This document shows positions 38,201-50,200 of a DNA stretch of 64,000 nucleotides, piece after piece. The notes below the pieces were generated by a model. The model was not told the origin of the DNA, ran no database searches, and was given only the letters and a program-made list of their open reading frames with translations. Positions within the stretch are counted from its first letter, which is position 1, and the number at the start of each line of letters is the position of its first letter. This stretch comes from Raja brachyura (taxonomy: Eukaryota): the NCBI GenBank assembly GCA_963514005.1, contig OY740818.1, positions 15,996,001-16,060,000 on the forward strand, written 5' to 3'. Made by a program: the position numbers and the translations under genes.

Positions 38201-41200
38201 CCGACCCATTCAGTTATTTAGAAAGAAGGAGATTTGGATGCCTTGGGCAAATTGAATTGTTACTTTCTTTATTTTTACTTTTTATTTTTATGGAGAGGAG
38301 AACAATCTGCGCATGCGCGGTTTAAGATTTTTTTAAAATCCGACTGACTGCCTACCCCGAGTAATTACTCACAGCAGGTGCCTGAATATGACTCATTTAT
38401 AATTATATATTTCTATGAAAATTGTTCCCAATTGAGCCCCGCACTTCCTACGGTCGGCCCTGCTTTCAAGGCATGCAAATGAGAGTCATTCTTTCATTTG
38501 CTGCTCACATGATCGTAAAGGATGCCATTCTAGTTGGGTGGTCTAATATAAAAATTAAGTCTAGCATCACCTAATCTGATCCAAAACCAAGCCAAGTACT
38601 CAAGACATTTTCCCCAATCTAACCCCTCATTTTCAGATTGTCTGCTCTCCCTCTGCAATTCCTTCTTACACACAACGAATGTCAGCCTCTCTCGCGCTTT
38701 GCGGCATAGCCAGACTCGACCCAAACCTCGAATGTTTTAATTAGGACATATACCCAACACAAACATGGCAACCAGAATCAAATTCCTGTGGACGCTGATC
38801 GGTTAAGCAGACTATCTGCCATTCTAATGTGTGGCACTGCCAGTGCTTCTGAGTAGAATACTTATTGACTTCTTTAAATAGTCAACCATAAAATAATATG
38901 GCCATTTCTTTCCATCACTGAAATGAGAATGCTGATATAGGATACTATCCCTCTCCCCAATAAACTATTTACGTACCGTTATTTAAGCAGAATACGGCAT
39001 CGGCTTATTATTTTCTGTAGTGGAGCCAATTCTCTTGAGCCCTTCTCGAGGAACTTGAGCCCTTCTCAAGTAATTTATGATCAAACTCGAGTCAATTGCA
39101 AACATGGTCAAGTAACACAATCTTTACAACAAGGCCAACGAAATTCAATGACAAAAACAGCTGTCACTTTTAACCGTTTGTATTTTTGACAGAGCAGCTG
39201 ATGTACGAGTAGAAAAGACACACGATTATTTCTTTATTGAAAATAATTTTGCAAAACATGAGATCATCTAGCAGATTAACCACCCCCACGCCTCATCAAT
39301 TCCATCAATACATCACAATGTCAAGGGAAAAGCATCAACATAATCAAGGACCATTTTCACCCCATCATTCCATCTTCTCCCCTCTCCCAAAGGGCAGAAA
39401 ATACAGAGGCTTATGAATTCCGTCAGATTCATACACGGATTCTTCCCTGCCATTACCAGACTACTGAACAATCCTCCCATAAGCTAGGGGATAGTCCCAT
39501 CTCCCAACCTATTACGATCTTGCACTTATTTTATCTGCACTTTTTCTGCAACTATAATGCTATCACGGCGTAACACTATATTCTGGATTCTGATCGTTTA
39601 CACTTTGCACTACTTGAACTTGTGTACAACTTGTTCGTACTCATGTATATTATGATTTGACTGGATGGCGCACAAATTTGTTCATGCTATCACGGTATGT
39701 GTGACAGTAATAAATTAATATGATACCATTGTGGCTGTGGCAGTTCTAAAACAACAAAAGTGTCCCATCCCCTGGCTCTATTCCCTCAGAAATACAGTGC
39801 CCTGCTCTACATTGCAGCCATCTTTAGCTTTTGCTTGCTTTGGGAGCTAGTCGCTAGTTTTCGTTTAAGCATATAAAAGGCATGCCAGAAAACGCATTCA
39901 ATTGGGTTCAGTTCGGGTGATTGACTTGGCCACTTAAGAATTGACAATTTAAGCTTTGAATAAACTCCTTTGGTGCTTTAGCAGTATGTTTGAGATCATT
40001 GTCTTGCTGTAAAATGAACCTCAGCCAATCAGTTTTGAGGCATTTGTTTGAACTTGAGCAGGTATGATGTGTCTATACACTTCAGAATTAATTATGCTAC
40101 TACCACCAACAGTTGTATCATCAGAGATAAGTGAGCCAAAACCTTCAGCAGCCATACATGCCCAGGTCATAACACCCCCACCACCATGTTTCACAGATGA
40201 GGTGGTGTGCTTTGGATCTTGGGCAGTTCCTTCTCTCCTCCATACTTTGCTCTTCCCCTCACTCTCATACAAGTAAATCTTCATCTCATCAGTCCACAAG
40301 ACCTTTTCCCAGAACTGTGGTTGCCCTTTTAAGTACTTCTTGGTAAACTGTAACGGGTCATACTATTTTGCAGCTAACCAGTGGTTTGCTTCTTGCTGTG
40401 TAGCCTCTGTATTTCTGTTCATGAAGTCTTCTGCGGACAGTGGTCATTGACAAATCCACACCTGAAGAGTGTTTTTGATCTGTCGGAGAGGTGTTTGGGG
40501 ATTTTTCTTTATTATGGAGAGAATTCTTTTGTCATCAGCTGTTGAGGTCTTCCTTGGCCTGCCAGTCCATTTGTAATTAGTAAGCTCACCAGTGCTCTCT
40601 TTCTTCTTGATAATGTTCCAAACAGTTGATTTTGGTAAGCCTCAGGTTTGACTGAGGTCTCTAACAGTTTTATTCTTATTTCTCAGTCTCAAAATGACTT
40701 ACTTGACTTTCATTGGCACAACTTTGGTCCTTATGTTGATAAACAGCACTAAAATTCTCCAAAGGTGATGGAAAGACTGGAGGAAAGACTAGGTGCTGAG
40801 AGCTTTCTTATACCTGCATTAAGGAGGCATTTAAACACACCTGAGGAATTACAAACACCTCTGAAGGCATGTGTCCCAAACACTATGGTGCCCTGAAATG
40901 GGGGGTGGGGAGAAACTATGTATAAACACAGTTGTAATTTCTACATGGTGAAACCAACATGTATAAAAATACTCTTTAATGACATCTGACAATGTGCAGT
41001 TTAATCACATGTGATTTTTTCTATTACAAATCTCAAATTGTGGAGTACAGAGGCAAATAAATAAATGATGGGTCTTTGTCCCAAACATTATGGAGGGCAC
41101 TGTAGCCCCAATTTTCTTTTGAAAGATTATTTATTCTGACTGATCTTGACAGGTAACCCCCAGATAGCCACAATAATTGCATGGTTTTAAGAAAGGAATT

Positions 41201-44200
41201 GCAAGAAAACTTGAGCAGTGAAACACACACACACGCAGGGAGCAAGCTTCAGTTGCAAAGTAAGGGACAAACATTGAAATTGCAGTTTGACAGAAATGTC
41301 CTTATGTTGTAATTAGTTCCACCTAATATTGATGGTTAGATGTGTGAACATTATTATTTCACAACAGAGTTTCAATTAAGCTTGTCAAAAATACAACATT
41401 CATTTAGGTGGCCCTCAACCACCTGTGGACAATCTACAAAGGAAGTAGTACTCACCATTAGAGTTCTCTTTGCTGTGATTAGTTTCCATTGTCAGCGTGC
41501 TTCCGTCCTTGTCCTGTTGGAGAGCATTGTTGAGAACTCGGGCTTGGCAGTGAGCCTCCGTGCTGTCAATAACTGTTAACAAGGCCTCGAGTGACAACAA
41601 GTGAGTGGTATACAGTTGTCCAGATACGGGAAAAGCATTCTACAAAGAGAGGAAAAAAGTAGTTCAGTGTAACTGTGAATACAAATCAGCCAAATAAATC
41701 ACCTTTCCATAAATGCTTCAATAAGCTTGTTTGCATGATAACCCATTGTAAATGCACCAAAGTTAAATAACAAACCTATTCTGAAGGTGGGGCTGAAGCT
41801 GGCTCCCACAAAGCAGACATGACACAGAGCAATTCAGAAAAAACAATTGCACTAATTCTTATATAACTGCCTATAATTCTATATTTTATATTCTATAATT
41901 GAATTGCATAATTAATGTTTTCTTTCAAAATATAACGTAGTTTAACAAACTCATTATTATGTCAGCCTTTTCTTGTGACTAGCATACACTAATGCTTTCC
42001 TGATACACATTTTCAAAAGCATGTTTTGTTTACATTTCCTCACTTCTATCATCCAGACAATTATCATAGTACTGATTATGAATTTCTTAATCAATCTCTT
42101 TCCTCGATAAATTAAATTGAGAAATACTACTACAATAAGATGAGAGATGAACATGATCAATAATTCAACAGAGTGAATGTACCAAAATGTACCTTGGAAA
42201 GAAGTTTGGTAAGATCTTCAAAAAGATTACAACAGTAGAAATCACAATCAAAGTTGATGTACAGTTCTGTGGCAAAGCTTGGGATTCGCCAGAGTTGAAC
42301 TAATGCCTCCAAAGCCATCTCTTTCATTTCATAGGGCATCTTGGGATTCTCTGAAGTGACCAAATCCATTAGTTTCTTTAAATACATCTAGGGGAAAAGA
42401 TATCACTCCTATAAGCTTCTAGAGTAAAAAATCATGTCACATTACGGTTATCTATACCTAAACTAGAAAGTGTTTTTAGCTTGCTGGAACAGCTACCCAA
42501 ATATGATTTCGGATACCAAACCAACCTTTCAGTCAAAAGCAAAGCCATTCAAACAAATTGACGTTTGTCACATCAAATGAAAATCTGCCAGTTTAGTTTA
42601 AAGATACAGTATGGAAACCAGCCAAGTCCATGCTAGCCATCGATTACCCTTCACACTAATTATATGTTGTCCCACTTTTTCATACATTCCCTACAGATTA
42701 GCAGCAATTTCCACAAGCCAATTAACATACAAGCTTTCATCTTTTTGGGATGTGGAAGGAAACCTGAGATTAGGAGGAAACCCATGCAGTCACAGGGAGA
42801 ACGTGCAAATTCCACACAAACAGTATCCGAGCTCAGGATAGATCCCGGGCTTCTGACACTGTAAAGAAGCAGCTCTACCAACTATCCCACTGTGCCAACA
42901 ATGGCATAGCTGAAAGACAGAGTGCAATTCTAAATAAAATACAGGACAAGCCCTCATTTAGGTTCTTTGCTGGTACCAAAAAGGCTCAGATTTGTTTGGA
43001 TGCCCACAATTATATTCTTAAACCCAATGCAACTGGAAAGTAATTCAGTATTTCGTACCTTAAAAAGGCAACATAAATGTCAACACTAAGGATATTTTTG
43101 GAGATCAAGACAGAAAAATTAGTTGGAAAATTATTTTATAGCCACTCAAACATTCAACATTATATTAATCCTTGTGGAGATAAATTTTATGATCCGTGTA
43201 TTCAGAATTCAAATCTCTTCTGTTTAGCCAGCTGAATATGAATGACGCATTTCATCATACTGACTTTTAGTCTGAACAAGGGTCTTGACCCGAAACGTCA
43301 CCCATTCCTTCTCTCCAGAGATGCTGCCTGTCCCGCTGAGTTACTCCAACATTTTGTGTCTATCATCATATGACGTTTTATTTTATGAAGATAAAGATAA
43401 GCCAATTTGTTCGCCGCGGAGTTTTAAATGAATATTTAAAAAGTAATGCCCAGAAATTTGACACCCAGAACTGAAAAATGATAAGATCTCTGCGTCAAGA
43501 TTAAAATAAGTATTAAAATGGCCATTATTGTTGGTTGCCGTGAACAGTTTTGTGTAGCAGGTTCAACTACCAGGGATTATAGGTTGAAATACATTAAATT
43601 TCACTTACCTCAAGTTGGAACTTAAGATGTTGCCTCATACCCTCAAATAAAAGGAAGCATAGGCGGAGAGAAGTGGCGTATAAATTAAGACGTTCTACAA
43701 TTAACAGCTGAAAAGCAAATTACATGAAACACTTATTCTATGATGCAAAACCACTAAATGTGCACAGTCACAAAATGTTCATGAAATTAAAAATTCCTAC
43801 CTGGAACAGGTGCCGGCAGAGCTCATCTTTAATAAGACCCAGCAATGATGTGTAATTAGCAATGGATGCTGATTCCAATGCTATGGTGAGCAACTGCAAA
43901 CCCATATGAATCATCACGTCAGAGTTGTGGCGATCATGTGGATTGGTGAGGGATATTAGGAAACGGAAGAGCTCTCGGATACATGGCAAACCATATGGAA
44001 CCAAAGCAGCACCTGAGAGGGAGACTTGCACATTAGTCCAAGTTACACATAATACCCCATATGAAACCTCAGCCTTTCCATCTACCTCATCTCAACCATT
44101 CAGCGCATCTTTCTGTCCCCAACTCTCACATACTTATTTAGTTTCCTTTCAAAGACATCAAAGCCTCTTGTTATAATGAAGGCTAAGGTGTAGATGTTGA

Positions 44201-47200
44201 AGTTTTTACTATTAATGGCATCACCTTATTTTACATCACTTTAATGAATTCTGTAATGTTGGTTAAATATTTCTAAGCATTTTGGTATCCATTCTAGCTC
44301 TTTTTAACAATATTGTCTATCTCTATTTACCCTCCCATCTTTTCATCCTGTGCAGAATTTAACATCTTTCTATCATTGACATTAGGTCAATCCATATTTC
44401 CAGGGTTTAGATTATCTCAGAGACTCAAAGTCTGAAGACAGATCCTGACCCGAAACATTGCCGATCCATTCCCTCCACAAATACTGCCTGACCTGCAGAG
44501 TTACTTCCGTACAATGTGTTTTGCTTTAAATAATAAATTAAGGTGTGAGGCAGGTTTGTTGAGTTGCGCAATGTAAATGTAAATCCAGAGGGAGGAAAGT
44601 AGCAGGAGAGGGTGGGGTGGTGGATGGAAGAGGGAAATAGGTGTGAGTTTAGGTGGGACAAAGTGGAGGGAAAGATGGGGGGGGGGCGCAAGGGAAATGG
44701 GGAAAGGGTTGTTGTGAGGGGTTACCTAAAAGTGGAGAATGCAATATTCATATGCTTGGTTGTAAGCTACACAAGCAGAATATGAGATGTTTATCCTCTA
44801 GTTTGCATGTGGCCTCATTCGGCACACATCAACTTGACTGAATGATTTACGTTTCCAGTTCAGACATTATGGTAAAAAACAAGTTCATTTGTTTCATGAT
44901 TAAAATGAAAAGGAACCCTTCCATTGCTCTTTGATTAATCTTGTTTCATTCCAAGATATACAAGCACTAATACCAACCTTCCTTCTGCATTGACTGAGTA
45001 AACCTAACCCCACGAGGGTTAACATAGTCCATATCATGTACTTCATGGATTGAAGCAGTGTCAGATATTTCTGTGAGGGAGTCACGATCTTCTAACACTT
45101 CTGGAATAGATTCCACCGATGTGAATTGAGCCTTCTCTTCCTTCGGCAAAAATTCATCCAATCTTCCGCCCTTCAAAACAAAATTAGCAAGCTTCAATTC
45201 AATTAGCTTACTTAAACCCAAAGATACACTGTAATAATAATTTAGAACAATGTTCAAACTTTCTACATTTAGAGTCATCGAAACATGATCTTCAGTCACG
45301 TGGACCATCAAACACCCATGTTTTTATTCTCCTCACATGCACATTAACTCCAAGATCGTACCACTAACTTGCACACTCGGGCAATTTACAGTGGTTAATG
45401 ACCCTACCAATAAGATGATGGGAAAAGTTATCTGTCACAATCACACAGGATGTCTTTAATAGCTTTATTCTCCTTCCACGTAACCTGACAGAAGAGATTA
45501 AACAAATTCTGGATTAGGGAGCTGAGGTTTCGATGGATAGTGAAAAGATTCCTTGTTCAAAGAAGTGGGTAATGTATGCAATGTTATGACATGAAAATAT
45601 ATTGGCTGAACTGATATGCATTTTGCTTTTACACTCTAAGAAAATTCCAATATTTGCACCATAATAAAATGCTACAAACAAGATTAAAACAATGAAGTAC
45701 ACACCAGAAGGAATCAGAATAATAATTGAACAGGATGTAAATAATAACAATTGCTCAAATTTCTTAATGCAATGGCATTTACCTGAAACTCTTGCTGAGC
45801 AAGCGACTCCATCATTTTCTCTTCTGCTGGTTCACCGGAAGGGGTGCTTGCTGGAGTGAGTTGATCAAGATCAGTGAGGTCTTCTTTTGATGCCGTTTTT
45901 GAAGAAAATTCCACACCACTGTCTGTGGCAGGGCTTAAGAGAATTGATGCATTTTCAGAAATAGTCGTTGAACTTGCACTGCTCACAGGTATCACCGAAT
46001 GTTCCAGGAAGGATGGTTCACCTTTAGACCAATAAATACATCAAACATCGAGATGACAAGATTAGTCTTTATTATCTATTTGTTCTTTCAACTCCCAATA
46101 TGCAATATTTTCTTAAATGTTTAAATTATGGATATGGGCTACTTTTCATTCATATATCTCAAGGTACCATTCGATACAGGTTTTCGATTTCTTATCGCTA
46201 TTTTCCGGGTTACTTGAGTGTTGTTACTGCTGCATTACCAGAGAAATCCAAAACAAGATCCAGCCTCCTCTGCAAACGTATAACCCATTATAGGTTGAAC
46301 TTATGCACAAATTGATCAAACATTTATAAATGAATTTTTGCCTGCATTTTCACCCCTGCATATAAATTTATTGTTTCAAACTGACTATGCTATATCTCAA
46401 AGCTAATGTTCTTGCAGAATTGTGGTGCTGAAGAAAAATGATCTTTTTTTTTGAAAGGCTAATATTTTTAAACTTAAATTCTCTGAGCTTTTCCCCAGAA
46501 AAATTGTTTGCAAGATTTTCTTTCTCAGGAACAATGAGCCAAACTAAACATACCTGGGTGATTGTTCAAGAGCTGAGGTACGGAACCGATTGAACCATGC
46601 AAGACCTGGCCAGGAACTGACTGCTGATCGGACGAAAGTGCAAGTTTGTTGGCGTGACGTGAAGGTCGTGGTGATTTCTTCTGCTTTTTCCACTTGGATG
46701 AGTCACTCATTCCTCCAGCCCTCATTTTAAGCTGCAAGTTGAATGTGAACATATTCTAATGCAAGGTCTTCTTTAAAATACTCAGATGTAAATCCAGAGA
46801 ATTATATTTCTGTTTGCAAACTTCCCTGTTCAGTTTATCACTTCAAGGGAGTGATGCTTACCGCATAAAATGGAAAACAAAATGGCCACTTATTTATTCA
46901 TACTAAACCAATATTAAGGAATTAAATTTACCCCATGCCTAAACAACAATTAATAAAAATGAGGTACAACACTGACATGGAAATAATCAAAAGGTTATGT
47001 TCATTTTTAAATGCTTTGACGTGATTCTGAAAACGAAGTTCTCGGTCTGCTGCTAATTATGAAGGAAATTCCTGCAACAGATTTACACTCGGTAATATTT
47101 TTAGCACATTAAATGTATACCCGGACTTTGTTTGCAATCTGAAGGTGAAATATTATTTATCCAGTGGGGCTTATTCACATCATCATTAAGAGCATTCCAA

Positions 47201-50200
47201 ACCCAACAATGGAATCTTGGCTAGGTTAATTAGTTCTGGATAAACGCTAAGCATACATGGGGGGAGAAAAGCAGGGCACTACAGACAGAAATAACACAAC
47301 TTAGGCTATTGCACCAATTCATTTTGATCCAAAGCAAAACTGAAAGTAAACAGTCATTTAACTGATCACCCCCGCCACTTCCCTCGCAAAATCTTTACCA
47401 AGCTGCACAGGTCAGATCCTGGTCCAAGGATGAAAATTACCAAAAATTAACGACATAAGTTACAAATATCTTTCTTTGCTGCACGTCGCTGCAGTAACAA
47501 ATCACAATGCAGATGGAGGAATAATAGGAAAAGATTTCTGAAAGATCCATCAATAATGGTGCTATGCAGGGATGCCACCAAATACAGCAAAAGTGAAATT
47601 ATCAGGAAGACCCCATATTCTTTAAATGAGCTGTTTGGTAATATTATGGAAATAAAAGGCATTCAAGATAGAAATGAGGATTTCAGTAATATTGATGTAC
47701 ACAAACACGTAAACTGATCCTCTCTGCAAATGCATAAAAATCAAATTTGATATCGACAATGGAAGACCAATTAAATTACAACAGCAAAGGATCATAATGC
47801 TTATAATATGTTCAACAAATGCACAATGGAAGAACCAAACTTATATTTTGAATAGTTCATAATATACTGAAGGTCTGATTTGTTGGCACAGTATGATATA
47901 GTAGCTGTGAACAAACCAAACTCCATCTACATACTGTTGCTTGTCAGAAATTAACATCAGATTTCAAGTTGTCCAAATCTACTAGTGTATAGAAAGGGAG
48001 GTATCATACAATCAGTTCACAGTGCAACCAACAATCGTTTCAAGTGACCAGCATCTGTTGCTTAAGGACCAACTATGTGCATATTAGGTAAATCCAGTCA
48101 TTACATATATTGATAATTAGAACTAACACACTGAAGAAATAATTTTCTTAATAGGGAAATTGCACAAGAGCTCCTCAATTTGATGGAAAATATGTATTCT
48201 ACCTCTCCCCAATAATGGATTTTTGAATTTATGGGAGAAAACAACAGGACATTTTCACCTATGGTTTTGATTTACTTTTTTAAATTCTAAATAAAAGTGT
48301 TTTTTTAATTATTTAATTACAAGATTGTAAATGTTATTTGATGAAATTACAGATATCCAGGATCCCAACTCCCCTACTAGTGTGAACAGTATTCAGACTT
48401 TGGGACCTTCCTTCCACTGACAAAGCTTGCATCAGTCTAATATCCTTACCTGCACTCGTTTGTTTTTCCATATGATAGTGTAAGCCTCAGGGGGAAAAAA
48501 TGTTGCCAGTAAATAGTAAATTAAAAAGTTGTAAAATTATTGTGATAAGGGATTGAAAAAAATCTCAATTAAACTTTCAACTACTTTTTAATTATTTCAC
48601 ATTTGAAAGCATACAAAACTACGGATCCTCTTTATAAATATAGCCATGTATGAATTTTAAGACACAGATTCATGCCTCAGGATGTCCATCTGAACCATTT
48701 GTAGGAGCAACTTCAAAACATGACCATCACCTCATGCAGTGCTTGATGCGAACCATGCAACATAATCAAATACTTTAGAATGAGGACACCTTAGATAACT
48801 TCAGAGTCTACAGATTTATTTTGATTTACTAATTACCTGCATTCCAACAAGCCAAACATCAAAACGTTTTAATTGGGCATGTTTTGGTTATGGTATTTTT
48901 CAAAAAAAAGTATTTGCATTTCCGCATATCCATTTCTTGCACTGCTTGACAGCCATGTTGTGCATAAAAACCATGTATTCAACCTTCACAGGGAGAAGCT
49001 CGATCATTGCTCCTGATTACTAGCCATCTTACACATGCGCCAAACTTCTTAAACGTTTTCAGCATGCTCACACTTCCATTTAAAAAATCCCATTTTATTT
49101 AATATTTATCGATAGGAAAGATGATTTATTCAAAGGCAGGTATTCTGTACAACATCAAAACAAAGTGCTGGACGAACTCAGCTGGTCAGGCAACATCTAT
49201 GAAGGGAAATGGACAGGCGATGTTTTAGGTTTGGACCCTTCCAGATGCCAGTCCATTCCCCTTCACAAATGTTGCCCGACCCACTGTGTTCCTCTAGCAC
49301 TTAGAGTTGTGCCCAAGGTTCCCACATCTGCAGTTCATGTGTCTATTGTGTGCCACAATGTTGTGAAGGACTCAGAACATAATAATAGAAACATAGAAAA
49401 TAGGTGCAGGAGTCGGCCATTCGGCCCTTCGAGCCTGCACCGCTATTCAATATGATCATGGCTGATCATCCAACTCAGTATTCTGTACCTGCCTTCACTC
49501 CATACCCCCTGATCCCCTTAGCCACAAGGGCCACATCCCTCTTAAATACTCCCTCTTAAATATAGCCAATGAACTGGCCTCAACTACCTTCTGTGGCAGA
49601 GAATTCCAGAGATTCACACTCTCTGTGTGAAAATTGTTTTTCTCATCTCGGTCCTAAGGGACTTCCCCCTTATCCTTAAACTGTGACCCCTTGTTCTGGA
49701 CTTCTCCAACATCGGGAACAATCTTCCTTCATCTAGCCTGTCCAACCCCTTAATGATGCTTGTGTCGCATTGGTTAAAGTATACCTCCATGATCTTCGTA
49801 TTAAAAACTTTTTTTTAAAAGATTAAACAAACCTGACAACATTGGGAAGAAAATCAGCGAGGTCAATTGTATGAGAGTAGGTAAATCTACTGGCAGCAGG
49901 TTAATATGCTCTGATAATTAACACCACAGTGAAAGAAGATTTAAGATGTCCAGTCAACATCAGCCCAAACTTGACAATCAGGTCTATAGTTCTTGACTCT
50001 AACTGACAAGTGGCCTTTGTTGGGAGGTATTGAATTAATGTCCTAAATCATGGATCTATTTCTCGGAAAACAAATAAAAGGTACATGTGTGCATTTGAGA
50101 AATTGTGTAAAACAAACACAGTGAAGCAGGGGAGACGTGGACAAAAGAAACACAGTGTTTTTCAAAATAGTTTAAAGATTTCTGTGAACTGCATTTATTT

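Noticed and set aside
38977-39014. Possible 38-nt exon (ctacag|AAAAT...AACG|gtacgt) in the long intron
   Set aside because: In-frame TAA, frameshifting length and weak pyrimidine tract; indistinguishable from chance
47841-47866. Possible 26-nt microexon (ttcag|TATATT...ATAA|gtttgg)
   Set aside because: Weak donor, poor pyrimidine tract and frameshifting length; no further support
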